Position numbers and translations under genes: made by a program
Notes under the pieces: generated by a model
Databases searched by the model: none
Told to the model about the DNA's origin: nothing
The model's input: only the letters and a program-made list of their open reading frames with translations
Part shown: positions 41,003 to 51,033 of the stretch, in pieces
Position numbering within the stretch: position 1 is the stretch's first letter
How the letters are laid out: every line of letters starts with the position of its first letter
Origin: Chloroflexota bacterium
Lineage (GTDB): Bacteria; Chloroflexota; UBA11872; VXOZ01
NCBI GenBank assembly: GCA_963662335.2
Contig: CAXXVD010000003.1
Span: 320,001 to 384,000 of the forward strand
Length of the DNA stretch: 64,000 nucleotides
Direction of reading: 5' to 3'

Positions 41003-42142
41003 CTAATAGATCCCGGGAATAATCCGGTACTTCACCCGCGCCTGGTATTCCGCCCATTTCTCCGGGCCGTACTTCTCTTCGCACGCTTCTTCGTCTTCCC
41101 GTTGCCGCAGGGTGAAGATCGTCACGATGAAGACGAAGTAGATCCACGCCCAGGGATTGGTGAAGTAGCCGAACACCAGGGCGTATGACAGGGCCAGGGT
41201 CATTTCGCCCAGGTAATTGAAGTGGCGGGCGGGGCGCCAGAAGCCGCTGGTCAGGATCTTGCGGTTGCCGGCCACGATGTGCTCCGGCTCGATGATCCCA
41301 AGAAACTTGCGGTCGGGCCAGCGCTTGAACGTGTATTTCTGCAGGTTGGCGCCCCGGGTGATGATCCAGCCGGTAAAGAACACCGCTACGGAACCTACCA
41401 GCCAGACAGACGTCCACGCCGTGGCAAAGCCGGGGTGCGGATACGCGGCCAAGGCCCACAGCGGCGCGATGTACAGCCACCCATACACCATCAGGCCGCC
41501 CCAAAACATCTTGAGGCCCAGCCTTTCATGGATGATATCGTAGGTATAGAGTTGGACGCGCTCGAAGATGAAGTAGTCCACGACGTAGTACGTCAGGAAT
41601 GCCGCAAAGAGGAACACGCCCGGATTGAAGTCGTCGCCAAAGCGTTCGTAGTGGTAGGCGGCGCCGGACCAGGCGTTGAGCGACAGCATCGTCCCGCCAA
41701 CCACATAGAAGTACATCTTGACGTCGAAGCGATTTTTGAAGAACGACATCTCCTGGGCCCGCCCCAGCCAATAGGCCGCGAGCGGGTTCTTGATCTCGCC
41801 TTGCGGCTGGCTGAAGACCGCAATGAGCGCCAGCGCCGTGACAACCAACGTGCCGCCGGCCACCTGGTAGATGGCGGAGCGGTAGAACCAATCGCGCGGC
41901 ATGCCGGTGAGTTCAAGCGCCCACACGATTAGTGCGATCGCGAAAACCAGCAGGCCGTTTAGCTTGTACTTGCGGGATTCGCCGGTCTCCGGATCGGTGA
42001 CGTAGCCGGGCACCCACCTGCCCGGCAGGATGAGTTGCGCCAGGAAGAACGCGACGAATATCGCCAGCGGGGTGAGCAACCCCAAGAGCGCCTCTGTCTG
42101 CGAAAGCTCGAAAAGGTGGCCGATGCCAAGCCATTCAACCAT
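41003..42142 (-). CDS. ERG4/ERG24-family sterol reductase
   Basis: YKLNG, YWLGR, FDVKM, DIIHERLGLKMFWG, RGANLQKYTFK, LTSGFW..ARHFNYLGE, RQREDEEACEEKYG.EKW.EY..RVKYRIIPGIY; GAGAGG RBS before ATG 42142. Confidence 0.9.
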   Translation of the reverse strand: MVEWLGIGHLFELSQTEALLGLLTPLAIFVAFFLAQLILPGRWVPGYVTDPETGESRKYKLNGLLVFAIALIVWALELTGMPRDWFYRSAIYQVAGGTLVVTALALIAVFSQPQGEIKNPLAAYWLGRAQEMSFFKNRFDVKMYFYVVGGTMLSLNAWSGAAYHYERFGDDFNPGVFLFAAFLTYYVVDYFIFERVQLYTYDIIHERLGLKMFWGGLMVYGWLYIAPLWALAAYPHPGFATAWTSVWLVGSVAVFFTGWIITRGANLQKYTFKRWPDRKFLGIIEPEHIVAGNRKILTSGFWRPARHFNYLGEMTLALSYALVFGYFTNPWAWIYFVFIVTIFTLRQREDEEACEEKYGPEKWAEYQARVKYRIIPGIY

Positions 42143-42300
42143 GACCGCATACCTCTCATTCCGGTGATAGCGCCACGAGGAGTGTGGCAGAAGGGAGAAG
42201 TCAATCACATACTATGCAGCAAGCGCCACGGCAGAGTCAACGCGCCTGCCAATGGCAATTGGCAGCTTTGGGCTATTTCCGTCTATTGCTCTCGAACCCC

Positions 42301-42488
42301 GTCATTCCGAGCGCAGCCCGTCATTCCGAGCGCAGCCCGTCATTCCGAGCGCAGCCCATCATTCCGAGCGCAGCCCGTCATTCCGAGCGCAGCCCATCAT
42401 TCCGAGCGCAGCCCGTCATTCCGAGCGCAGCGAGGAATCTACGTGCCAAACACACGAGATTCTTCGTCGCTGCGCTCCTCAGAATGAC
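42301..42488. repeat. Seven tandem 19-bp family A left arms ending in a full element
   Basis: (G/A)TCATTCCGAGCGCAGCCC six times, then a complete palindrome. Confidence 0.92.
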
Positions 42489-42682
42489 ACATCGAGGGCC
42501 GCCTAGATGCATATCTTCGGTTAGACTCTCAGATCTCTACGGTCCCAAGTCTCTACAGTCCCAATTCTCTACAGTCCCAATCTAGACCGACCCACATCCG
42601 CTGCCAAAGGCTCCGCCACGGAATTACCTTGCAGGCCGGCGCGAGAGGCTGAGTTGATTTGTCGCATTGTGCGGGCAGATTC

Positions 42683-42712
42683 TTGACCTTGCGCAAGAGA
42701 GAGGGCTATACT
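42683..42712 (+). promoter_or_regulatory. sigma70-type promoter
   Basis: TTGACC-18bp-TATACT. Confidence 0.55.
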
Positions 42713-42903
42713 CTTAGCATTGATGAGTGAGGGACGCTTGCATCTCTTACTCGCTGACTAAGGAAAGTTCCGGGTGTCGTTACTTTGGGGTTGGCGCATG
42801 ACGCAAGCCTGCCGCGCAGGAAGAACTTGCCGCAGGCTTCGGGCGCAGCCGCAAGAGGCAGCGACGGCCCGGATATGAATCGTCACACACAGGAGGTGAC
42901 ACC

Positions 42904-44208
42904 ATGGCGCGCATGAGTAGACGGCAGATGCTGGCGGGCGTGGGTCTCGGCGTTGGAGCGAGCGTGCTTGCCGCGTGCGGACAGGTACAGACGGTGGCGG
43001 CGCCGGCAGCGCCGGAGAGCGACGCGGCCGCGGCGCCAGAGGAACCGGCGGGAATCACCGGCGTCTTTCACGTGTGGGGCTACCGCTCCCAATATCTGCC
43101 GGGGGTGGTGCTGGACGCGTTTCAGGAGATGCATCCGGGCGCCGTGGTCGTGCAGTCCCAGCCGGCCGGCAATTTCCGCGGTGAGAAATTCCCGGCCGCG
43201 GTGGCGGCCGGCGCGCCGCCGGCGCTCATGCAGGGCTTTCTCGACTTTGTCGCCATGTACGTTGACCGGGGTTTCCTGGCGGATCTTGGGCCCGCGGCCA
43301 AGGCCGGCGACTTTGGCGACCTGGGCGCGTATCTCCCCGGTATCGTGGAGACCGGCACCTTCAACGGGGTGCTGCACTTCCTCCCCCACCGGCAGAGCGT
43401 GAACATTCCCCTCTACAACAAGGATATGTTCGAGAACGCCGGCATCAACGAGCCGCCCACCCAGTGGGACGACGTGGCGGAAATAGCGCGGCAATTGACC
43501 AAGAAGAACGCGGACGGCTCCGACCAGTTCGGACTATCGGTTACCACCAGCAAGAACACCCTAAACTCGTGGTTCAACCCGGTGCTCTGGCAGGCCGGGG
43601 GCGAGTTCTTCGCTGAGGACGGCCGGTCGGTGACGTTCGATGAAGACCCGGGTCTGGCGGCGCTGGAGTTCCTGACCGATCTCTTCAATAAGAAGATTGC
43701 CGCCGAGGGCACCACGCCGTACTTCGAAGGCTACGGCGCCATGATCAATGCCCGCACGCCCACGCACGTGAAGAGTCCCTTTGACCGTGGCACAATCCCC
43801 TGGCTGGCGGCCAGCCCCGCCTGGCAGAAGGAAAAGCAGCTTGGCTTTGGCTCGCTCTCCGGCTGGGTAGTGCCGAATAGCCCGCAGTCCGACGCGGCGA
43901 TACAACTGCTGGCGCATACCTTGCAGCCCGAAAACGTGAAGGCGTTCCTCAAGCTCGTGTTCCTGCTGCCGGTGCGCGGCGATATCGAGGTGGACTACGT
44001 GGATGAGAAGTACAACGGCTGGATGCCGACGTTCATCGAGCAGAGCCAGAACATGCACTACGACATCCCGCACCCGCACATCCGCGCCATCATGCCGCTC
44101 GTCTCGGCTGAGATGTACAAGGCGATCGGCGGCGAGGTCACGCCGCAGGAAGCCATCAGAACCGCGGGCCAGATAGCGAATCAATTCCTGGACGACAACA
44201 TGAGCTAG
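42904..44208 (+). CDS. Sugar ABC transporter solute-binding Tat lipoprotein
   Basis: AGGAGGTG RBS; SRRQML...LAAC; LYNKDMFENAGI..PPTQWDD. Confidence 0.9.
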   Translation: MARMSRRQMLAGVGLGVGASVLAACGQVQTVAAPAAPESDAAAAPEEPAGITGVFHVWGYRSQYLPGVVLDAFQEMHPGAVVVQSQPAGNFRGEKFPAAVAAGAPPALMQGFLDFVAMYVDRGFLADLGPAAKAGDFGDLGAYLPGIVETGTFNGVLHFLPHRQSVNIPLYNKDMFENAGINEPPTQWDDVAEIARQLTKKNADGSDQFGLSVTTSKNTLNSWFNPVLWQAGGEFFAEDGRSVTFDEDPGLAALEFLTDLFNKKIAAEGTTPYFEGYGAMINARTPTHVKSPFDRGTIPWLAASPAWQKEKQLGFGSLSGWVVPNSPQSDAAIQLLAHTLQPENVKAFLKLVFLLPVRGDIEVDYVDEKYNGWMPTFIEQSQNMHYDIPHPHIRAIMPLVSAEMYKAIGGEVTPQEAIRTAGQIANQFLDDNMS

Positions 44209-44290
44209 CGGCTGGCTTTCACTTTCGCCAAACCGGATCTGAACCAGAACCTTCAAGCCGGGGACCGCATTGGAAGTGCAAGCGGCATAA

Positions 44291-44321
44291 GTAAAGCCCC
44301 CGCAACGCGCGGGGGCTTTAC
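44291..44321. terminator. Bidirectional terminator hairpin
   Basis: GTAAAGCCCCCGC-AACGC-GCGGGGGCTTTAC between convergent genes. Confidence 0.7.
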
Positions 44322-44331
44322 AGTCCGTCGG

Positions 44332-44739
44332 TCAACCGGACGACTGGTCAGGCTTGTCAGGCTCCGGCTCTTTGGCTTCCATATCGGATGGAAGCGCAAC
44401 GCCCTTGTCCCTGAGTTCCTGGATTGTTGCTTGCCGGCCTTCTTGCCGGCCTTGCTCTCGAATCCTATTCCTCGTGTCGGCAATCTTCTCCGCCAGCCGC
44501 TCACTTGGGAATTTCCACACTACCCATGCTCCTAACTCTGTTAGCATTATCGAAACCGGCGTGGCTGCAATGACGTTTTCGCTGATCCCTCGCCACGTGC
44601 ACGCTACTAGCTTGATGCTCCAGCCTCCGCATTGCGTAAGGTTGTCGCACGTGCCAAGCGCAACCAAGGCAACGAATATGCCAAAGTACCACACCCTTGT
44701 GTGCGAAGGAACGCTGAGGATGGATTCTCGCTCAGCAAT
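44332..44739 (-). CDS. Small membrane protein with EQGRQEGRQ tail (start uncertain)
   Basis: Two hydrophobic segments, REQGRQEGRQ; frame stays open upstream to ATT at 44739. Confidence 0.55.
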   Translation of the reverse strand: MAERESILSVPSHTRVWYFGIFVALVALGTCDNLTQCGGWSIKLVACTWRGISENVIAATPVSIMLTELGAWVVWKFPSERLAEKIADTRNRIREQGRQEGRQATIQELRDKGVALPSDMEAKEPEPDKPDQSSG

Positions 44740-45034
44740 GACTCACCGCCTAGCTAGGCAACTCGCCGGGCGGCTTGAGACAGCCGGAAGTAGAGTGTTG
44801 CATCTCCTCATCTCCTAAGAAGCTAACTCGACCTAGCCTGCCCAGGCCATATGCATTCATTATATATGAGAGTGTCAAATGACTCCTATGGGATGGTACT
44901 GCCCTGTATGCCCTTCTGTTCAGGAAACCGTCAGCTCAAGTGGTAATGTCCCTCTTCTGCTACCCTATCTCCATCACGTCAGGTCGATAATCACCCAAAA
45001 GGACTAAACATAGGAAAGCCGACGCCTCAAGGAG

Positions 45035-46294
45035 ATGCATACCGTGGCAGTAACAGCGCTCATCAACGGCAGGATCATCGACGGCAACGGCGGCCCGCCG
45101 CTCGAGCACGGCGCGGTCCTCATTGTAGATACCCGCATCGAAGCCGTGGGGGTTGACGTGGACATCCCGCCGGAAGCCGAGGTCATCGACGTCGCGGGCG
45201 CGAGCCTCCTCCCCGGCATGATGGACCTCCACGTGCACCTGAACGGCCCGTACCACGCGCTGCAGAAGCTGCGCAAGTCGCTGCTGGCGGGTTTCACGAC
45301 CATTGCGCACGTCGCCGGCACCATGCCGCCCGCCTCGACGCAATGCCGCCAGGCGATTGCCGACGGCTGGTTCCCGGAGTGCGCGCGGCTGATTGTGGGC
45401 GCGGTGGTGGACTGCACCAACGGCCACGTGCGCGGCCGCGTGGCGGACGGCCCGTGGGAAGTGCGCAAGGCCGTGCGCGAGATGGTGCAGGCCAAGGCCG
45501 ACTTCATCAAGACGGCCGCCAGCGGCGGCTTCTGGGCCGAGGACGAAGAGACCTGGTGGCTGGACTATACCCAGGAAGAACTGGACGCCCTGGTGGACGA
45601 AGCCCACAGCGTCGGCCGGCTCGTGGTGGTGCATTGCCACACGCAACCGGGGCTCGACATGGCCATTCAAGCCGGCTGCGACCAGATTCACCACGGCGCG
45701 CTCATCGATGAGAAAGCGCTGCAAGGGATTCTGGAGAACGAACTCTTCTTCGTGCCGACTCTGCGCGTCACGTCCCGCCAGAACATGGCGATCAAGTACG
45801 GCGCGGGACGCCCGTGGGAAACCCGCAAGATGGGCGAAGCGCACTACGTTCACCGGGAAGGCGTGCGCCTGGCCCACCAAATGGGCGTAAAGATGGGTCT
45901 CGGCACCGACTGTCCGAGCACACCGCCTTGGGACATCTGGGACAGCGGCTTTGAGCTCCAGGAGTTCGTCGGCTGCGGTCTCAGCCCCTTGGAAGCGATC
46001 GGCGTGGCCACCAAAGGCTCGGCTGAAGCCATGCGGATCGACGACCGGCTCGGCACGCTGGAAACCGGGAAGCTTGCCGACGTGGTCGTGGTGGACGGCG
46101 ATCCCGCCAGCGACATCCAGGCGGTGGTGAACTACGCCAACGTCCGCTATGTCTTCAAGGAAGGCAAACTGGCGGTGAGCAGAGATCCGGCGAGGCCGCC
46201 CACCGCCCACCTGGAGACCTATCCGCCTGCCTTCACGCCAATCGACGCGCGCTTCAGCGCCGATCCGGCCTGGGAAGCCACGGCCGGCTTGTAG
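45035..46294 (+). CDS. Metal-dependent amidohydrolase
   Basis: LLPGMMDLHVHL, DFIK..ASGG, GLGTD, GTLETGKLADVVVVDGDP. Confidence 0.9.
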   Translation: MHTVAVTALINGRIIDGNGGPPLEHGAVLIVDTRIEAVGVDVDIPPEAEVIDVAGASLLPGMMDLHVHLNGPYHALQKLRKSLLAGFTTIAHVAGTMPPASTQCRQAIADGWFPECARLIVGAVVDCTNGHVRGRVADGPWEVRKAVREMVQAKADFIKTAASGGFWAEDEETWWLDYTQEELDALVDEAHSVGRLVVVHCHTQPGLDMAIQAGCDQIHHGALIDEKALQGILENELFFVPTLRVTSRQNMAIKYGAGRPWETRKMGEAHYVHREGVRLAHQMGVKMGLGTDCPSTPPWDIWDSGFELQEFVGCGLSPLEAIGVATKGSAEAMRIDDRLGTLETGKLADVVVVDGDPASDIQAVVNYANVRYVFKEGKLAVSRDPARPPTAHLETYPPAFTPIDARFSADPAWEATAGL

Positions 46295-46424
46295 GCGCGA
46301 GAGCGTCGGTAGAGCTTTAAGCGTACTTTGTGCACTCTCCGCCGTTTGCCGCAAGGCGGCAAACGGGCACGGACGTTTGCGTGCCTGGTATGATTACGGT
46401 GCGCGCGTTCTACGCAACTGAGGA

Positions 46425-47744
46425 GTGACCGTGGCAATGGAGTTATTGGCCGGCGGGGCAAAGGTGGCGATTACGCCGCCGATAGGGAGCGCATTTCAAT
46501 CGAGCCGGGCGGACCTGCGGGTTGAGAGCGTCCTGCACGAACTCTACGCTACCGCCGTGGCGCTGAGCGACGGCGAGCGGAAGATAGCGATCGTCGGGCT
46601 GGACGTGCTGGGCCTGGACGCGGCGTTGGTCAATGCCGTGCGCGCGCGCGTGGAGGCGCAGACGTCCATCCCCGGCGCCCACGTGATGGTCAACGCCGCG
46701 CACAACCACTTTGGCCCGGCGATTCTGCAGGCCCTGCCGGACGAAATCGACGAGGGCTACTACCAGGGTTTGGTGCAGTCGCTGGCCGACGCCGTCACCC
46801 GCGCCGACGCGGCCCTGGAACCGGTGGCAATGCGCGCGGGCGACGCGGAAGGCGCCTTTGCCATCAACCGGCGGCGTATGGAAGACGGCGAGGTGATGCT
46901 GGCGCCGAACTATGAGGGCCTGGTAGACCAGCGCATCCGCGCGCTGCGCTTCGAGCGGCTCGACGGGTCAATCGTGGCCGTGCTCTTTTCGGCGGCGTTT
47001 CATCCCACCGGCTTCGCCTACCGCGCGCCGGTGGTGAACGGCGACTACGTCGCCGCCGCCCGGCAGGAGGTGGAGCGGCAGTTTGCCACCCAGGGCGCGC
47101 CCGCGGTGGGCTTCCTGCAAGGCTGCGCGGGCAACATGCGCGTGCGCGTGATTGCGCCGGGCGGCACGCGCTTCCATCCCTGCTCCGGGGAAGAGATCGA
47201 CACCCACGGCCGCGGGGTGGGCGCGCTGGCCGCGCGCGCGGCGCGGGAGGCCACCATGGTGGTCGGCTATCCGATCGGCGTAGCGCACGAACTGGTGTCG
47301 CTGCCGCTGCAGGAACCGCCCACCGCGGCGGAACTCCAGGACATGCGCGCAAGGTCGCAGAACGACAACTACATGCAACTCTGGACCGGCTCGCTGCTGG
47401 AAAACCTACGGAACGACGGGTCGCTGCCGACGAGCGTCGACTTTCCCGTTCAGGTCTTCCGCATCGGCGGCCTCTGGCTGGTGGGCCTGGGCGCGGAGGT
47501 CTTCCTGGAAATCGGCCAACAGATCGAGGCGGCGCTCCTGGACGGCCACGCGGGACAGGCGGCGTGGACGTTGGGGTATACCAACGACACCCTCGGCTAC
47601 GTCTGCACCGCAGAGTCATACGCGGCCGGCGGCTACGAGCCGACGCGCTCCCACAAGTTCTACCACCTGCCGGCGGCCTATCAGCCGCAAACCGAGCATG
47701 TGGTGGTGGAGGCGGCCCTGCGCGTGGCCCGGGGGCTGGCGTAG
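46425..47744 (+). CDS. Neutral/alkaline ceramidase-N-like hydrolase
   Basis: AKVAITPP, NAAHNHFGP, AFHPT, FLQGCAGN, AEVF, GYTND..GY...GGYE. Confidence 0.75.
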   Translation: MTVAMELLAGGAKVAITPPIGSAFQSSRADLRVESVLHELYATAVALSDGERKIAIVGLDVLGLDAALVNAVRARVEAQTSIPGAHVMVNAAHNHFGPAILQALPDEIDEGYYQGLVQSLADAVTRADAALEPVAMRAGDAEGAFAINRRRMEDGEVMLAPNYEGLVDQRIRALRFERLDGSIVAVLFSAAFHPTGFAYRAPVVNGDYVAAARQEVERQFATQGAPAVGFLQGCAGNMRVRVIAPGGTRFHPCSGEEIDTHGRGVGALAARAAREATMVVGYPIGVAHELVSLPLQEPPTAAELQDMRARSQNDNYMQLWTGSLLENLRNDGSLPTSVDFPVQVFRIGGLWLVGLGAEVFLEIGQQIEAALLDGHAGQAAWTLGYTNDTLGYVCTAESYAAGGYEPTRSHKFYHLPAAYQPQTEHVVVEAALRVARGLA

Positions 47745-47776
47745 GTGGGTGGGGCGTGGGGGTTTGGGCCGGTTTC

Positions 47777-47812
47777 GCCCCCATCCCGGCCTTCCCCCTT
47801 CGAGGGGAAGGG
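47777..47812. repeat. Family E palindrome
   Basis: CCCCATCCCGGCCTTCCCCCTTCGAGGGGAAGGG. Confidence 0.55.
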
Positions 47813-47968
47813 GTTTTGGAAGAGTCGGCCCAGGGAGAAGATTGCGGTGGGGCCGGGTTGAGAGGGAAGGAGGCTTGGCGGGGCGCTGGGGGAGGCTAAC
47901 TGTTAGCTATTTACAATATTTGCTATGATAGGCAACAATGGAGTAGCGATTGTGTTGGCGGAGCGAGG

Positions 47969-48463
47969 ATGAGGGCCGTGGAGAACACTGGCAAACAAAA
48001 AAAAGAAGAATTGACCGAGCGCTTCGTGGAGGCGGTGGAGTATCTGAACCGCCAGATGCACACCGGCCGCCTGGACGAATGGGAAGGTCTGGACATGACC
48101 ATTCCCCAGATCAAGACGCTGGTGCTGCTGGAACGCATGGGCCCCCTGCGCATGGGCAACATCGCCATTTTCCTGGGCCGCGCGCTCTCCGCCACAACCA
48201 CCGTGGTAGACCGGCTGGTAGAGAAGGAGTTGGTGTACCGGGTCGCCGATCCGGGCGATCGGCGCGTGGTGATCTGCGAACTCACCGACGAGGGCCGGGT
48301 GGCCATCGAACAGTTCTGGCGGATTGGACGAGAGCGGCTGGAACTGCTGGCGGATACGCTGAAACTGGAAGAGTTGGAAATCGTGACGCAGGGGTTGGTG
48401 TTGATTCGCAGGGCGGATGAGGAACTCCAACGGACAATCGTCAGCTTGTATTCCAACGAATAG
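47969..48463 (+). CDS. MarR-family transcriptional regulator
   Basis: MTIPQIKTL, TTTVVDRLVEKELVYRVADPGDRR..ELTDEG. Confidence 0.9.
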   Translation: MRAVENTGKQKKEELTERFVEAVEYLNRQMHTGRLDEWEGLDMTIPQIKTLVLLERMGPLRMGNIAIFLGRALSATTTVVDRLVEKELVYRVADPGDRRVVICELTDEGRVAIEQFWRIGRERLELLADTLKLEELEIVTQGLVLIRRADEELQRTIVSLYSNE

Positions 48464-48878
48464 GCGCCCTTCTTCACGTACACTCCACTACCGGGGCTTC
48501 TCATCCCCTCGTAGTCAAGAGTCCCGCCGGAAAGTTCGCAGCGGCGTGCCCTGCTGCCGCTTGCTGAACGACCGCATCGTCCCATGGGTTCACCCCGCCA
48601 CTTGGCTGCGCGCAGCCGGTCGCTGGATGAGGTCCGCGCGCCGGATACAGCCGCACCCAATAGCCCCAAGATCTGCGGCGCTTCTTCATCTGCCGGTTTG
48701 GGTGTACGCGCCGCCGGCGCGGGGCCTGCCGCCTCGTTCCAGGAAATATCCCTCCAGCAGGACAATTGTCGTCGAATTATCCCTGCGGTAGTGTATAATG
48801 CAGGCAAAGCGGTAGCGAGCGACGGCACGATGGGGTGCGAGCGCGCCGCTGCATAGGGGGACAGGGGGTTAGGCACGC

Positions 48879-50051
48879 ATGGCAGTCACGGCAGACGCGC
48901 TATCTCCGCGCGAACAGCGGCGTATTCATCGCCTCTTGCTGCGCAGCCGGCGGAGCGCCGGCCGCGAGCACGAGCAGATTCCCAGGCACTACCTGCAAAC
49001 GCCCGCTGAGGAACTGGACGAGCGCATCGCCGCAGTGCGCCGGCGGCTTGGCGAGCGCGTGCTGGTGCTCGGCCACCACTACCAGCGCGACGAGGTGATC
49101 AAGTACGCCGACCTGCGCGGCGATTCCTATAAACTGGCCACCTTTGCCGCCACCCGGCGCGACGCCGAATTCATCATCTTCTGCGGCGTGCACTTCATGG
49201 CGGAGAGCGCCGACATTCTCACGAGCCCGCACCAGTCGGTCATTCTGCCCAATCCCACCGCCGGCTGCTCCATGGCCGACATGGCCGACATCGACGACAT
49301 CGTGGAGTGCTGGGAGCAGCTTACCGGCGCGGCGGGCGAGTCGATCGTGCCGATCACGTACATGAACTCCACCGCGGCGCTCAAGGCGTTTTGCGGCGCG
49401 CACGGCGGCATCGTCTGCACCTCCTCCAACGCCGCCGCCGTCTACGAGTGGGCGATGGCCCGCGGCGAGAAGATTCTTTTCTTCCCCGACCAACACCTGG
49501 GCCGGAACACGGGCCTGAAGTTCGGCATTCCGCTGGACGAGATGGTCGTGTGGGACCCACAGGAGCCGACGCTGGGCGGCAATACGGCAGCCGACGTGCG
49601 CAACGCCAAGGTCATCCTCTGGAAGGGCTGGTGCTCGGTGCACACGCGCTTTACGGTGACGCAGGTGGAGTTCGCCCGCCGCCAGGACCCGGACGTGAAC
49701 GTGATCGTCCATCCGGAATGCCCCATGGCGGTGGTGCAGGCCGCCGACTACAACGGCTCCACCGAATTCATCCTGAAGACCATCACCGAGGCCCCCGCCG
49801 GCTCCGCCTGGTCTGTGGGCACTGAGATCAACATGGTCAACCGCATGGCCGCCGAAAACCCCGATAAGCGCATCTCCTGCCTCGACCCCATCGTCTGCCC
49901 CTGCTCCACCATGTACCGCATCCACCCGGCCTACGTGGCCTGGGTGATGGAAGACCTCTTAGAAGACAAGGTCACGAACCAGGTGAGCGTCGATCCCGAC
50001 GTGGCGCACTGGGCGGTGGTCTCGCTGGAGCGCATGTTGACCGTTCATTAG
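48879..50051 (+). CDS. nadA: Quinolinate synthase
   Basis: LGHHYQRDEV, FCGVHFMAESA, AGCSMADM, CTSSNA, GWCSVH, HPEC, CPCSTM. Confidence 0.95.
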   Translation: MAVTADALSPREQRRIHRLLLRSRRSAGREHEQIPRHYLQTPAEELDERIAAVRRRLGERVLVLGHHYQRDEVIKYADLRGDSYKLATFAATRRDAEFIIFCGVHFMAESADILTSPHQSVILPNPTAGCSMADMADIDDIVECWEQLTGAAGESIVPITYMNSTAALKAFCGAHGGIVCTSSNAAAVYEWAMARGEKILFFPDQHLGRNTGLKFGIPLDEMVVWDPQEPTLGGNTAADVRNAKVILWKGWCSVHTRFTVTQVEFARRQDPDVNVIVHPECPMAVVQAADYNGSTEFILKTITEAPAGSAWSVGTEINMVNRMAAENPDKRISCLDPIVCPCSTMYRIHPAYVAWVMEDLLEDKVTNQVSVDPDVAHWAVVSLERMLTVH

Positions 50052-50178
50052 GAATTCCCCGAATGCACGGGCCTTCTCTACTCTCGTTACCCTTTGGCAG
50101 TCCTGGGTTTGTGCAGTATACTGGCACGAGCGCGGGGCGTTTTCGTGTTGCCCGCGCACTATTTCCCGGAGGACACCC

Positions 50179-50961
50179 GTGAAGACGAATACAATCCGCG
50201 AGAAACTGAACGCCGGTGAGCCTACCCTGGCGACGCACGTGCACACCACGTGGCCGGGGATGATCGAGGTGATCGGCCTGACCGGCATCTATGACTACGT
50301 GGAGTTCGTGGCCGAATACGCGCCGTTCAACCTGCATGATTTGGAGAACTTCTGCCGGGCGGCCGAGTTGCATGATCTTTCGACGATGATCAAGGTGGAC
50401 CAGGCGCCGCGCAGTTTCTTGGCGCAGCGGGCGATTGGGGCCGGCTTCCAGAGCGTGCTCTTTGCCGACAGCCGCACGGTGGCGGACGCCGAGGAGTGCG
50501 TGCGCGCGGTGCGGGCGGATACGCCGCAGGCCCACGGCATCCACGGCGTGGCCATGCGCCGCGCCTGGTACATGTCCTACGGCGCCGGGCCGGACTATCC
50601 CCAGGCGCTGGACGACATCGTGGTGGCGCTGATGATCGAACGAAAGTCTGCGGTCGACCACCTGGATGAATTCCTGGCGGTGCCGGGTGTGGACATGGTG
50701 CAGTGGGGACCCGCCGACTACGCGATGAACATCGGCCGCGCCGGCGAGTTCCAGCACCCGGACGTGAAAGCCGCCGAGAAGAAGGTGTTCGAGACGTGCC
50801 TGGCCAAAGGCATCCCGCCCCGCGCGGAGATCAACTCGGTCGACCAGGCCCAGCGCTTCCTGGACATGGGCGTGCGCCACTTCTGCCTGGGCACCGACAT
50901 CAACATCATCCACGATTGGCTCAGCCAGCAAGGGGATACGCTGCGCAATCTGCTGAGCTAG
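50179..50961 (+). CDS. HpcH/HpaI aldolase-family protein
   Basis: EYAPF, ALMIERKSAVDHLDEFLAVPGVDMVQWGPADY. Confidence 0.85.
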   Translation: MKTNTIREKLNAGEPTLATHVHTTWPGMIEVIGLTGIYDYVEFVAEYAPFNLHDLENFCRAAELHDLSTMIKVDQAPRSFLAQRAIGAGFQSVLFADSRTVADAEECVRAVRADTPQAHGIHGVAMRRAWYMSYGAGPDYPQALDDIVVALMIERKSAVDHLDEFLAVPGVDMVQWGPADYAMNIGRAGEFQHPDVKAAEKKVFETCLAKGIPPRAEINSVDQAQRFLDMGVRHFCLGTDINIIHDWLSQQGDTLRNLLS

Positions 50962-51033
50962 GCGGAAGCGCGTTACGGCATTGACGAGTCTCGTCATGTG
51001 CCTCCATAGTCAACGCACTTCTTGAGGCGGCCA

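Noticed and set aside
42301-42433. CRISPR array
   Set aside because: Pure 19-bp tandem repeat with no spacers; it is the arm of a dispersed element.
42770-42875. SRP RNA or 6S RNA
   Set aside because: Lacks the SRP helix-8 motif (TCAGG...GGAAGG..GCAG) and seems too short for 6S; kept only as an unassigned structured leader.
48464-48878. Gene or riboswitch in the 400-bp gap before nadA
   Set aside because: No convincing ORF or known motif; only an extended -10-like TGTATAAT near 48792.
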